Assembly: GCF_963921235.1 (NCBI RefSeq)
Contig: NC_086128.1
Location: forward strand, 33,728,001-33,792,000
Length of the DNA: 64,000 nucleotides
Source: Mobula hypostoma
Taxonomy: Eukaryota
Direction of reading: 5' to 3'
In this document: positions 1 to 13,670 of the stretch, in pieces
How positions within the stretch are numbered: position 1 is the stretch's first letter
Layout of the letters: every line of letters starts with the position of its first letter
Program-made: the position numbers and the translations under genes
Notes under the pieces: model-generated
Told to the model about the DNA's origin: nothing
The model's database searches: none
What the model saw: only the letters and a program-made list of their open reading frames with translations

Positions 1-1030
1 CTGTTTCTCATCCTGACCGTTCTTGTTTTTGTGCATCATAGTCTCCTGCCTGATGGTAGAAAGTCAAAGAGGACGCTGGATGGATAGTACAAAGAGCCCT
101 GTGTATGAAGTGCTCCTGATAAATGTCCCCGATAGATGGTAGGGAGACCCCTATGATCCTCTCAGCTGTTCTCACAGTCCTTTGTAGGGACTTCTGGTCC
201 GATACTCGACCGCTCCCGTACCAGATGGAGATGCAACTTGACAGGACTCTCTCAATGTGCTCCTGTAAAATGCAGTTAAGATGGAGGAAGGGGTGGGAGC
301 CTTGCTTACCTTAATTTTCTTAGGAAATGGAGACGCTGCTCTGCCACCTTGTTCAGGGAGGTGATATTAAGGGACCAGATGAGGTCATCCGTGATATGAG
401 CTCCTAGGAACTTGGTGCACTTAATTCTCAGTAGAGGAACCATGTGTTCGCAGAGGGGGACGGTTTGTCTACACCTTCCTGAAGCCCACAGTGATTTCCT
501 TCGTCTTCTCCATGTTCAGGCTCAGATTGTTCTTCTCACACCAATCCACCAGCGACTCCACTTCCTTTCCGTACTCCATCTTGTCATCGTTCTTGATAAG
601 GCCAGCCATTGTGTCATCTGCAAACTTGATGACACAGTTTGAGCTGGATCCTGTGACAGTCATGCATCAGCAGTGTGAACAGCAGCGGGCTGAGCACATA
701 GCCCGGGGGAGCACCAGTGCTCAGTGTAATGGGACGAGAGACGTTGCTGCCCATACGGACTGACTCTGGCCTGTTAAGATGCCCAATATCTAATTGCAGA
801 GGGAGGTGTTGGGACCCAGTGAGGACTGTTTCCTCATCAGTTTCTGAGGTATGATGGTGTTGAACGCCGAACTGAAGTCTACAAACAGCAGCCTGGTATA
901 TGAGACCACATTTTCCAGGTGGGGCAGGAGAGAGAGTGGAGGGCAGAAGCTATTGCATCATCAGTGGATAGATTTGAGTGATAAGCAAAATGGAAAGGGT
1001 CCAGTGTAGCTGGGAACATGCAGTAAGGAA
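1..1030 (-). mobile_element. Degenerate Rex1/Babar-type LINE reverse-transcriptase fragment
   Basis: Minus ORF 469-663 reads CVIKFADDT...LVDWCEKNNLSLNMEKTKEITVGFRK, an RT core/thumb typical of this clade; it is broken by stops. Confidence 0.75.
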
Positions 1031-1317
1031 TAAGCACATGAAACTGCCCTAACTAGTTGATTTGTCATTTCTGTGGAAACTGGGGAGCTCCCTCTTTCAA
1101 ATATGTTCATTATGTACACTATCCGTCACCCCAACCATTCGCTTCCCCACTATTGCCAAACAGTGGTTTCAGTGTATGTCATCAAACAAAACACACTGTG
1201 GTTAATTGCCTGGATTACTCCAGCAATACCTCCCAAACCTGCAACCTCTACCACCTGGAACGAAAAAAGCAAGAGTGCAAATGAACTCAACCAGCTGCAG
1301 TTCTCTCTGTATATATA

Positions 1318-2150
1318 AGTTCAAATTTCAAAGTAAATTTATTATCAAAGTATATATATCACCTGAGATTAATTTTCTGGCAGGCATTCACAGTAAATAC
1401 AACGAAATGCAATGGAATCTATGAAAAACCGCACACGAGATGGACAAGCAACCAATGTGAAAAAGGCAACACACTGTGCAACTACAAAAAGAATAAAAAC
1501 AAACAATAAAATATTAATAAGAATTAAATAAATAAGCAATAATTATTGAGAATGAGATGAAGAGTCCTTGAAAGTGAGTTCATAAGTTGTGGGCCAATCA
1601 CAAACAAGAGAAAATCTACAGGTGCTGAAAATCCAAACACACACAAGGTGCTGGAGGAACTTAGGTTCTGCCGAAGGGTCTCGGCCCGAAACGTCGACTG
1701 TATTCTTTTCCATAGATGCTGCCTGGTCTGCTGAGTTCCTCCAGGATTTTCTGTGTGTTCCATAGGTTGTGGGAACAGTTTAGTGATGGGATGAGTGAAG
1801 TTGAGTGAACTGATCCCCTCTGGTTCAAGAGCCTGATGGTTGAAGGGTATTAACTATTCCTGAACCTAGTCGTGTGGGTCCTGGGGCTCCTGTACTTCCT
1901 TCCTGATGGCAGCAGTGAGAAGACAGCATGGCCTGGATGGTGGAGGTCCTCGATGATGAATACTGCTTTCCTGCAACAGCGCTCCTTGTAGATGTGCTCA
2001 ATGGTGGGGAGGGCTTTACCTGTGATGGACTCGGCTGTGTCCTCTACTTTTTGTAGGCTTTTCTGTTCAAGGGCATTTGTGTTTCATACCAGGCCATGAT
2101 GCAACCAGTCAGTATACTCTCTATCACACATCTATAGAAGTTATAACCAC
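1318..2150 (-). mobile_element. 3' part of Rex1/Babar-type LINE with a nested Penelope remnant
   Basis: Minus ORF 2044-2229 contains FYRCVIESILTGCIMAWY; the tail resembles other copies in the window. Confidence 0.65.
1594..1760. mobile_element. Penelope-like terminal-repeat remnant, partly inverted
   Basis: Contains ctgccgaagggtctcggcccgaaacgtcgac (degenerate hammerhead core). Flanked by cataagttgtggg / cataggttgtggg (13-bp TSD, 1 mismatch). Confidence 0.7.
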
Positions 2151-2599
2151 TGTGAGATTTCCGTTCAATGGAATGCTTTTGAAATGCTGTTGCTTTGTAA
2201 GATTGACCATTTACATCGGATGAAAACATTCTCCCTTAATAAGGAGGATACACCTAAGTGTTTAGGAAAAATTTGACTGAATGAAGTAACATTCTTCAAG
2301 CAGTAAACATTATTAAAATCAATATAAAACAGCTAAAGTAATATTGAAGCATATAGCATTTCCAACCTTGACAAAGTGATATAATTTCTGTCACTGTGGG
2401 AAATTCAATACATTCCTCACACTGACACTGGTGTAATATTTCACCAAGGTTGCTTAATTTTTTAAGAGACTGATGGCAGGATTCATAGCATCCTTGAGAC
2501 ACTCCGGACACTGCTCCCTAAAAGGGGATTGGGTTTAAATTCATTTGTGTGAGCAACCCTTACAGGGGCATAATCTATCGTTCCAACTCTGGCTCTCTT

Positions 2600-3350
2600 T
2601 GGAGATGCGGTGACGTGGTGATGAGAAGGTGTACAGGAGTGAGATAGATCAGCCGGTTAAGTGCTGTTGCAACAATAATCTTACACTCAGTATCAATAAG
2701 ACCAAGAAATTGATTATGGATTTCAGGAAGGGGAAATCGAGGGAACACACACCAGTCCTCATTGAGGGGTCAGAGTGGAAAGGGTGAGCAGTTTCAATTA
2801 CTTGGGTGTCAACATCTCTAAAGATCTATCCAGAGCCCAACATATTGATGCAATTACAAAGAAGGCATGACAGCAGCTATACTTCATTTGGTATTTGAAG
2901 AGACTTGGTATGTCATCAAAGAATCTAGCCAATTTCCACAGCTGTACCATGGGGAGCATTCTAACGGGTTGCTGTTGCAAGAAGCACCAGAGAAGACATT
3001 GTAATGATCAATAAACCAGTTATTTGGAATCAAATGACCTTGCCGGGTGTCTCGGGGCTGGGAGTGTCTACAACTGCGCCACCACCATCCTCCCACACCC
3101 AGGCAGTCTTTCTCTGCCACTTGTCCCACACCCCTCCCACAGTGCTCCACCCTCACCATTCCCAAAGTCCTTTGTTCCCACCAGATTTACAAATTCACTC
3201 TCCGCTCCACATTGACAAATACAGTACTGTGCAAGTCTTAGGCACCCAAGGTATAGATATGCTTTAGACTTTCATGCAGTACTGCTGCAAAACATCAAAG
3301 TTCACAACATATGTCAGCGATAATAAATCTAATTCTGATCCTGAATCTGG
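2600..3350. repeat. Rex1-type LINE fragment followed by a dispersed repeat also present, inverted, near 28.0-28.5 kb
   Basis: ORF 3004-3267(+) NKPVIWNQMTLPGVSGL matches 28046-28435(-) NKPIVWNQMSLPGVSGL. The 2600-2975 part resembles the RT thumb regions of other LINE copies. Confidence 0.6.
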
Positions 3351-4849
3351 AAAGGGAATGGTGACCCACCTTCCTGAAATGCTTCTTTCTGTGTTGTGAC
3401 ACCATAGTTTTTTTAAAAAACGATTTGACTTATTACATTTTTTAAGAAGGATCAAGCACATTGATCTGTGTCTGATGTGAGTAAAGATGGAAGATTCTCT
3501 CCCTAAAGGACATTTGTAAAACATGCAAGTTTTTATGAAAACTCAGCAATTTTTGGTCATTGATACTTATTGTTTTGGATTTATTTAATCAACTGAATTT
3601 AAATTCCCTAGTTGCCGCAGAGGGGTTTGAACTCACATTCTGGTTACAAAACTACTTTACTATCTTACATTTCTAACAATAAGGAAGGAGGTCCTGTGGC
3701 CCATGCCTGCTCTCAGTCGAACAATCCATTAATCTCATCAGTCCTCTTCCTATATATCTGTGCTTATTCTGTTTTGCACGTACCCATCAATTCCCCTCAG
3801 GTATATCTGGCAGCAACCTTTACTCATGGGTAATTTAAGCAGGCAATTAACCTACTAACACATCTTTACGATGTATGAGGAAGCCAGTGCTGTAAATGGG
3901 AGAACATGCTGATTCTGCACAGACAGCATCTAAGGTCAGGACTGAACCCAGTTCACTCACATTCTGAGGCAGCAACACTAACTGCTGCCCCACTGAGTTA
4001 CCATGTATCATTAAGGGAAGAAAATGTCCTCAATAGTTTGCTGAGACTTACTAGCTAGAGTCGCATATGTGGAATAGCTGGAGTCCACATAGTAGCAACG
4101 GAGCATTTAACTTACTTGCCATTTCAAACAACACGAGGAAGATTATCTTAAGCAGTAAGTACTTAGAATCTGGAATAAGTACATGAATAGGAGAAGTTTA
4201 GAGGGCTATGGGCCAAATGTGGGCAGAAGGAACTAACTCACAAGGCAACACAGTTGGCATTCACAAATTGGGCCATAGAGCCTGTTTCCATATGCTATGA
4301 ACTTCTACAGTTGTTGAATGAGATATTAAACCAAGGGCTGTCTGCTCATTTAGATGATGTAAAATATTATATGGCATTATTTCAAACAGCAGGGAATTTC
4401 ATCTAGATATCCTATCCAATATTTATCCCTCAGCTAATATCATTGGGAAGCACATAACAATACAGCCAATGGGTCCATGCAAGATAATTGGGGGACAACC
4501 TCTTTAGTCCTGTTGGTTCTCCACTACCTGCAGAACACCCAATGAAACCCTAATCAGTCACAGACAGAACTTGCAAATTCCACACACACTCAGCCCTCGA
4601 GGTCAGCATTGAATCTATGACCAAAATCAGCAGGTCATGATCACATTGTTGTTTTTGACAGCTTTCTGTGCAACAATCCCACTAAAATAGCAGTAAATAC
4701 ATGACAAACACTTTGGATATTCTAAGATTGTGAAATATGCTATCTAAATCCTCAAGTCTTGCCAATGTTTAAGATTGATTGAAGGAGAAATGAGAGGTGA
4801 GGGGGCAAATATTTTCAAACCCCAGTGGAAGCTGAAATCCTCTCAAACG

Positions 4850-4960
4850 AAGGGCGCAGAACGCTGATTGATGGGCGAACCAGATGGCGTCACGGCGCGC
4901 TGACATCACTGAAAGGGTGACGTCAGGAGCATGGGGGCGGGGTGGAGTGGAAATTCGGCG
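4850..4960 (+). promoter_or_regulatory. CpG-rich ORMDL3 promoter with CRE and GC box
   Basis: Local CpG cluster; palindromic CRE TGACGTCA at 4918-4925, CRE-like CGTCA near 4888 and TGACATCA at 4901-4908, GC box GGGGCGGGG at 4934-4942. Confidence 0.7.
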
Positions 4961-5138
4961 AACTCGAACAGTCGGAGGCGATCCGCGGTGGGGTTCGGTT
5001 GAGGAGTGGCGAGTGGCTGGTGAACAGGGGCAGAGTAGAGGCAAGAGAAGCTGAAGGGAGGGGGAGGGAAGGGGCTGACAGGAGCTAAGGGCCGGCCTCT
5101 GGGCGCCCGCTGTCATCACGTTAACAGCCCGTCTGCAG
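4960..5138 (+). other. ORMDL3: ORMDL3 non-coding exon 1 (5' end approximate)
   Basis: Consensus donor CAG|GTAAGT at 5138/5139 just downstream of the CpG promoter. The first coding exon starts with an acceptor, so an upstream exon is required. Confidence 0.7.
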
Positions 5139-6990
5139 GTAAGTGAGTCTAGGAGCTCGGTGCTACCGCTGTCAGGAGAGAGGTTGTTATAGTTAAAGCC
5201 ACGGGCCAGGAGGGGGTGGGGGGAGGGGGAGCAAGGCTGACGCAGACAGACGGGCACTGACTGCTCTAGACAGTACATCTCAGACAGACAGGCCAATGTT
5301 GTCCGTCAGGTAGACTCATGGAGGCAGGCTGACGCAGGCAGATTCTTGCAGGCACAGATGGCTTTCATCATCGTCAGGCCTTGACCTCCAGAACTCTTCT
5401 GGCCCAGCAGATGTTGAAAGAGGCAAACTTGGATGAGGCAAACAGTATTGAGGGGTTGCCGTGCTGTGTGAGTGACTGAACCAATTTTCCAAAGAACTAA
5501 ACAATTGATTTGGAGGCAAAAGTTTAAACCTCTCTCTCCCCCCCCCCCCCAAAAAAAACAGCAGATCAGGCGAATTGGGTTATTGAGGGATAAAAATCTG
5601 ATTTGGGGAGACAGAACTGTCATTCTTGCCGGGTTTAACTAGCACTTTTTTTTTCCACTCTGAAATCTATTAAAATGATTACTGAAGTATCCTATGAAAT
5701 ATCCCATAGACTGATTGGAAATGAATAGTTGGGATTATTCATGGCCACGATTGCTAAAGTTTATTGGAAATATTTTTGTGCGAATGTTGCTTTGCAAGCC
5801 TTAAGTTACAATACAAATGGTGCGGTGCTTTCTTATATGGCAACAGGATTGCTGTTAAATAAAGGCTTTTGGTTCATTCCCAGAACATTTTACATCTGCC
5901 ATTGAGTTCTCAGTTGACTGATTGAAAACAAAATCTTGCAGTTGCTTGCCATGTGTTATGCTGAGCCTATATCCCTTGCTGGGGTATTGAGAACCCTTTG
6001 AATCTAGGAAATGAAGAGGCCAGTGCTGCATATCTAATGGACCAAATGGTTTAGAATTACAATAGATGTGTAAAATAGCTAGACTACTCTGGGGGCTGAA
6101 TTTTGGAAATGTAAATGCTGTAGAGAAATTTATTAAAGAAGCTATTCATCCCTTTGTGCCTGTGCCAATTTCCTTTTCGAACGGGGATAGTTAGTAGCTT
6201 TCGCTTCCCACTCCTGCGCATGTTTCCATTTCTGAGTATTTTCCAGTTTTCTTTTGAAAGCTACAGTCCTATTTCTGCCACCTTTCCAGGCAGTGAATTC
6301 CAGATTGCCAGAGCCTGTACTGTATTTTAACTTTATGACTTTGTTTTTTGCAGGGAGTTTTTGTGTCAGAATAGTGGAGTATTTTCAAGCAGACATATGA
6401 TGAACTTTGGCTTGACTCGTAGTAACTCAGCAAATTATGTTATCTGCATTGGTTTTGAATTTCTATTGTTAATAAATTGAATAGTGGTTTGTTTGTATTG
6501 TGAGTTTTAGTGTGAGAATGATGGCAAATCAGGCTAATAATTGAATCGTTGCCAGATTAATCCTTCATTAAGTTAAAGTACTGCCACTATATCTTAAGGG
6601 ATAAATAGCCTTCCTCATTTGTACCAGTGTTCTAACCACAGAGTATGCAATACATGCTCTCCATCACCAGGTCTCTGAGCTGTTGGTTCATGCTCTTGGC
6701 ATTCTCTGGAAATTCCTTTCATTTGTAACATGATGGAGTTGTGTTGACAGAATAGCAGATTTTGAAGTACACTGCAACGAGGCCTGATTTCTTTCCACTC
6801 AATTTTGTTTTACAAATTCAATCATGAGACATGGGCTTTTGCTGGCAAGGCAATATTTTATGGCCAATCTGGCATCCTTGAGAAGGTGGTGGTGCTGAGT
6901 TGCCTAGTTGAATTTTTTCCACTCGTGGTGAAGGTAGTAGCACATCTGAGGGTTACAGTGACTTAATGATGAAACAAAACCACTATATAT

Positions 6991-7151
6991 TCAAAATGCT
7001 GGAGGAACTTAGCAGGCCAGGCAGCATCTATAGAAAAGGGAAAACAGTCAACATTTCGGGCTGAGACCCTTCATTAGGACTGCTTGAAGGGTCTCGGCCT
7101 GAAACGTCAACTGTGTGGATTTCCAGCATCTGCAGATTTTCTTGTGTTTGG
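6991..7151. mobile_element. Penelope-derived inverted-repeat remnant
   Basis: Two degenerate hammerhead-like arms in opposite orientation; TSD actatatat at 6982-6990 and 7152-7160. Confidence 0.7.
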
Positions 7152-7384
7152 ACTATATATCCAAATTAGCATAGCGTGTTGATGGAAGGCAGCTTGGAGT
7201 TAAAGTATTTCCAGGCACCTGATACCCTTGTCATTCTAGGTGGTTGAGGTCACTAGATGGGAGATACTGTTGAAGAGGGCTCAGCAGATTACAGGAGTGC
7301 AACCTGGAGGTAATTAATTTTGCAACAAGTCCCTCTAAAGGGAGATTGGGTATAATAACCTTAAATTATGTTTAAGATTGTAAA

Positions 7385-7655
7385 CATGGTAGCATAGTGG
7401 TTAGCACACCACTTTGCAGTACCAGCAGCCTGGGTTCAATTCCCATCGCAGCTTGTAAGGAGTTTGTACTTTCTCCCTGTGACCTCATGGGTTTTCTCCA
7501 GGTGCTTTGTTTCCTTCCACATTCTGAGTGTACTGGTTGGTAGGTTAATTGGTCATTGTAAATTGTCCCATGATTTGTCTAGGGTTAAATTGGGGATTGC
7601 TGAGCGGCATAACTTGAAGGGCCTACTCTGTGCTGTATCTCAATAAATAAAAATT
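7385..7655 (+). mobile_element. tRNA-derived SINE
   Basis: A-box-like tagcatagtgg, B-box-like ggttcaattccc, and an aataaataa tail; a related copy is at about 47770-48510. Confidence 0.7.
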
Positions 7656-10600
7656 TGTGTCCGCCTTTACACAAGTAATAACTCTGATTTCTCAGAAATT
7701 GTGCACATCAATCTTAACTCAGATAATTCATAGAGTCCCAAAGTTGAATTGCCAGCTGTTTTTTCTTTAGAATCTGGTCTTTTAACTGTTGATATTTGTG
7801 GTGTAATTTTCTCTCCAAGCTTTAATAGCACAGTCCATTAAAGCTCCATCCAAGGCACCAGTTACTACTTTCTCTGATTATTGAATTAATAATCTCAGCA
7901 GTGTCCAGTGAAGTTTGCAAATCTGGTCCTGTTTCTGTGAGCTTCTACAGAAACTCACGTAGATAGAAAAGATTACAAAGCATTTGAGATAAGCAATCTC
8001 AACTGCTACCTGTCTTTTCAGCCTATTATCTTGATCAACTCCAGTTGGTTATTGCTTAAGGCTTTAAAACGTGAAATCCTAGACACTCTTCCCAAATGGT
8101 GTGGTATTCAGGCTTTTACAGCCCAGACTTGACACCAGTCAGTTATTAACTGAATTTTTTTTTAAAAAGTCACTGGATGTTGCAAGTCTGGTATTAAAAA
8201 CAGAAAATGTTGCAAAAGCTTAGTAGATCAGGCAGCATCTGTGGAAAGAGAAACAATGTTTCAAGCCTAACTGGGAAAGACAAAATGCAGATTGGTTTTA
8301 AGTGGCAGAAAGAAGTAGAATGGTCACAGATGGATAAAACAAAAGGAGCATCTCTGTTAGAATGATCTCAGGGTTGCTGTGGGAATAAGTAGTTAATGAA
8401 GTAATCTGGTCGGTAGATTACTGAGATCAGGTATCAAGTACTGAGATGTTAGAGACAACTAACATGAACAAAGAAACTTAAAAGATGTGAGAAAGAAAAC
8501 ATGGTCAAACAAATGTAAAATGTGGAGCTATAAGGAATGTTAATCATCTTTACCTATGATGGAGAGGGACAACTGAACCAAAATTACAGATGGATGACCT
8601 GTGGCAGAATTGGCTGATTTTGATAAAGGTTGCAAAACACGCACAAAAGGGAGCTGAGGTGCTGTTCCTAAAGGTTACATTATGCCATGTATAGAGGTTC
8701 AGACAGAAAAGGAGCGCTGTCAACTTTCTCTTGATCTTTCTTCTCTTTTTTTTAAACTCAACTGTCTATTAAATCCACAAAACATTACATAGTGATTTAC
8801 GTAGAGAGGACCATTAAGACTCAGTGCTCTTTGGAAAAGTTGGAAGTGAAAGCTTGTAGTTCTCGGTTGTAATCTTTACTGAAAACTTAGGATACTGTAA
8901 CTGGCTTTGGTTCTGTGCTGTGAAAGGGAAGAAACATTCCTCCTTCAATCATCTCTGTTGGAATTGAGTGAAAATATCTGTTTCATGAGAACTGGAGGAT
9001 GCTTGCCATCATTAACTTGCTAACTTATCCAGAACTTTGTGTGAGTGTTTAAATGCAAATATGTTACCTCAGACGCGCAACTGCCTTTAAGATTGCACAG
9101 CAGATAGGTTGGTAACAATGCAGGTAATATTTTTTCTGTTTGTTTTCCATCCCTGTTTCATGCAGAATAATTAATATTTCAAAAGAGAAATGGAGTTCAA
9201 AATCCCTCATTTTGCAACACTCAGCTATGATGACTAAACTGCTGTCAAAAGATTAAACAAAGCCAATTTTGTTACTATTTCAGCTAGGTTAACTTGGCAG
9301 TATATATGGAAAATATGCTTAACAGTAATTGCTGTAAATGCAGAACTGTGCTGGTTTTGGAAATGTATGCTCCCAAATTATGTAACTTTAAATATGTTAA
9401 ACAGAACACTTAAAAATAGACATATTTCAATGTAAGAGATTGACATCAAGAGTTTGTTTATAAACTGTACTGGTGCATATTTTTTCCAGCTCTACATTTC
9501 ATTTCATGCATACGTTTTTTTCCATACTGTGAGACTGTACTATATAGTTCAAGGACTTTTTGTGTTATCAAGCAGTTAGCAAAGCACAACAGCTGTACTG
9601 CAAGGTGGCTAAGAGTGGCAGAGACCATGTAAATCAATTAGGGATTTTAAAGACTCTGCATGTTTACCATGCAGAGTGAGGAAAGTTTGTCTATTGCAGT
9701 TTTGAACTACTGGAATTTTGTTTTTGAATACCTGGTTTTAGTTTTTGAAACACAACACTCTTTTACCTCCCTCCTCTTTTAAAAAAATATATATATAAAT
9801 AAATCAAGATTTTGATTGGGCACCTTTCACTGATGAGATTACACAGTTAGCAAACTGGTCTATCACTCTATCTAGTCAAAGTGTCTCTTCCAATAATGTA
9901 TTTCCATTTGCTTTGAACTAAATAAAATATTGGAACATAGAATACCCAGAGGGAAATTAAACTAAGAGTATTGAGTGTTGGACTACAGAATCTATGGCAC
10001 ATTACTACGATGCATCTGACCCACAGTGATCTCAGCGTCTGGTTCTTTGACCACTGTTCTGACTTGCTAAATATGTCCTGTGGGTTTTTGTAGCAGAATA
10101 AAACCTCATGGTGATTGTGGCCACAATTGGCCTTTCATAATTATGGCATGATTTTTTTCAATACTGTTCTGACCCAAACATTGGTTTTAGAACAGCAGTA
10201 GACAAATGCTTCTTGCTACCAGAGAATTTAGGATTATGCCTAGATTAAAGGATTTGTCCTTGAGGTCAATTTTTGTGACATTGATTTTTTGATGATGTAC
10301 CGCAAATGATTTGTAGGGCTGTGGTTATCTGAGGCACTCTGTACAATTAAATATATTTCTACTCACCCAGGGTTCTCTCATCAAAGGAAAATGAAGTGAT
10401 TTTAATCAGCCTTGGTATATTGTCAAGTAACACTTGATCTATAGGAGATGAGTGTGGTTACAGTGTAGGGCAGTCCATATATTTCTAGTGGAATAAGTAC
10501 AATTGAGGATGTGATTACAGTATTGACACCCTTGAGCCACAGCTGGAATTATTAAAATTTACAATGGCTTTGATACATCATGTACTATCTTCCTCTCATG

Positions 10601-12789
10601 GTTTTCCATAGTTCCTGTAAAGTCAGTAGAGTGAAGACAAATCCTTTGATCTAGTCCAACAAGCAGATTTTTTTTCCCCCAGAAATAATCTTTGCTTTCT
10701 TAAGAAAATATCTCTGGAACTATGGAAATGTTGCAGTTAGTTCAAAATATAACTAGTTTTCTTCCCAATTTTTTTTTTGCTGTTTTTCACCTTCACTGTT
10801 GTTTTACTGAGTGCCTGGCATTAGATCAAGCTTTTTATCTTATTGCACTGGGCCAGGTGATGTCCTGTTTTAATCAGTGAACCTAAGCACTTACTGAAGC
10901 ACAGAACATCAGAATTTAGCTTGACAGTATTTCTATCTGATATTTACTTGCATACATCAGATTGGAAAAACTAGCTAATTTTGCTTTGCCATAATTTGGA
11001 AACTGCAATATCACCTATCATGGACATACTATGGTGGGGGGTGCTTAGAGAATTTTCCCTAGGTGACCTGTGTTTAGAATAGCTAGATACTTCATTGCTG
11101 AGTGTCTCTTGGTGGAGTTTAAGCTAATGGTGTAAGTCTGGAAGTCCAGCAAATATCAAGACTGTCAAGATGTCCTGTAAACAGTAAATAGTAAGTAGGC
11201 CTCTGTGGTTTCTCCATTTAACTATGAAGATGCACTTAGCTGCAGAAAAAAGAACAGTGCATTATTGCAGAAAGTACATATAACACAACTGTGAAAAATA
11301 ATGCATGAAGTGCGTGTGTGCAAGTGGATGGTATACTCTTTTTAATTGGTGAACGTATATAGACAGTGCTATAGGCAGATGAAGAAAACCACACAAATCA
11401 GGAGTTGGAATAGACCTACTTGGCTCCTTGAACCTGCTCCACTATGCTACTAAGTCACCGTGGATCTGCTTGTAACCTGAAATCCTTTTTCCCAATTATC
11501 CTTGGTAAACTTGTACACACTTACTAAAAATTTGGTAATTGCTTTACTATTATCATGTGTACCAAGATAACCATGAAACATTTCATTTGGCATGCCATCC
11601 ATACAAAGTATTTAAAAACAGTACAAAGGGAAAAGCAATAACAGAATGTGGAGTATAGTGTTACACTTACAGAAAAAGTGCAATGCAGATAGATACTAAG
11701 ATGCAAGGACCATGACTAAGAAGATTGTGAGGTCAAGAGTACATCCTGTATTGTACAAGAAATCCATTCAAGGATCTTATGGCAGTGGGATAGAAGCTGT
11801 CCTTAAGCCTGGTGGTGCATGTTTTCAAGTTTTTGTATCTTGTGCTTGATGGAAGAAAGAAGACCTGTTGTAAAAAAAACAAAGCTTAAGCACATTTATT
11901 GGAGCTGGATCAAAGGAAAGATAATGACTAGAACAGTTAAAATATAAAATTAGGAGACACAAGAGAATGCAGATGCTGGAATCTGGAGCAATAAACAACC
12001 TGCTGAAGGAACTCAGCAGGTCGGTCACCATCTTGGGGGGGGGGGTGAATGTTTGACATTTGTTTGAATTCCTGCATCAGGACGGATTTCATTTAAAATC
12101 GTTTCCCCTACCATGTATGTTGTAAAGAGTGTAAATTTACAGAACCTGTAATGTTCTGTCACTCATTGTGCCTTGAACAAGCAAGAAAATCAGACATGGG
12201 TACCCGATGCAAAACTTTGTATTGAGTAGGGTACAGGCTCCTAATAAATATGTTTGAAGTACACGGAAGTAAGATGGTACTTAACATCCAACCACAAAGT
12301 GCTCAAAGAAAATATTATGTATTCATGGAATAAATGGTTTATATGTTATACTTTGAATATTTGGGTATTCCGTTTTGGGAAAAATAGTGTAGTAGGTTTC
12401 AATCACTTGAATGCAAGGGAAAATTGTATTTGAAATTTTGTGGTCTGAGGTGTACTTACAATGGATGAGTAAATTTATAAACAATATGTTCAAAGATAAT
12501 ACTTGGTATTTCTTCACTTGTGCTGTCCATTGGGTAATGCCCAATCATCAGATGTTGTTGAGGGATTAGTATGCTTTCTCTCAAGTTCGAAATCTGATCT
12601 GGTTGTTGCACATGACTAGGAAGGAAAAGACTTCTCTGGCCCAGAAACTATTTAAATAGAAATTATTCTGCTTTACTGAGCTGATGAATGTGGGTCTACA
12701 AAACAGAAATGGTCAAGTTTCTAGAGCATAGTACAGTCATGAAAGAGCTTTTCAGTGAAGTAGAAAAATAGAATGATGCAGGAAAAAAG

Positions 12790-13670
12790 TCATAGAAAGA
12801 AAGAACTGTCTGTATTGTCTATCCTGCTGTGCTGTACTTATTTAAAAGGTCAATTGGTCTTTTAAATTGTCACCAGGATGCAAAAACTGATCTGTTAATG
12901 TCATAGAGCCTGGAACCAAGCCCTTCACCCCATCTATTCCACATGACACTATCATTCTGCCTAGACCTATTGCCCTCCATATCCCTCAGATCCATGTACT
13001 TAACCAAATTTCTCGTAAATATTGAAATTGAACCCACATCCATCAATTCTGCTGGAAACTCATTCCACATTCTCACCATCCTCTGAGTGAAGAAACTCCC
13101 CCCTTGGGCTCACCTTAAATATTTCTTCTTTCACTCTTAACCCATGACCTCTAGTTCTAGTCTCACCCAACCTCAGTGGAAAACCCTGCTTGCATTTACC
13201 CTATCTATACTCATGATTTTTACACATCTATCAAATCTCCCTTCATTCTTCTACATTCCAGGGAATAAAGTCCTAACCTATTTAACCTTTCCATGTAACT
13301 CGGGTCCTCAAATCCCAGCAACATCTTTGTAAATTTTCTCTATACTGTTTCAATTTTATTGCCATCTTTCCTGTAGGTAGGTGACCAGAACTGGACACAG
13401 TATTCCAAACTGGGTCTCACCAGCGCCTTGATACTCCTGTACTCAATACTCTGATTTATGAAGGCCAATGCGCCAAAAGCTCTCTTTACAACCCATTTAC
13501 CTGTGGTGCCAGTTTCAAGGAATTATGGGTCTCTATTCAACCACACTCCTCAGTGTCCTACCATTCTCTGTGTAAGTCCTTCCCTAGTTTGTCCTCCCAA
13601 AGTGCAACACCTCACATTTGTCTGCATTAAATTCCATCTGCCATTTTTCAGCCCATTTTCCCAGATTGTT
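12790..13670 (-). mobile_element. CR1/HER1-type LINE 3' fragment
   Basis: Minus ORF VRMWNEFPAELMDVGSISIF matches the CR1 ORF2 C-terminus. Confidence 0.75.

Noticed and set aside
4769-5296. 175-aa minus-strand ORF across the ORMDL3 promoter
   Set aside because: Low-complexity Pro/Ser/Arg product expected from a GC-rich island; no recognisable domain.
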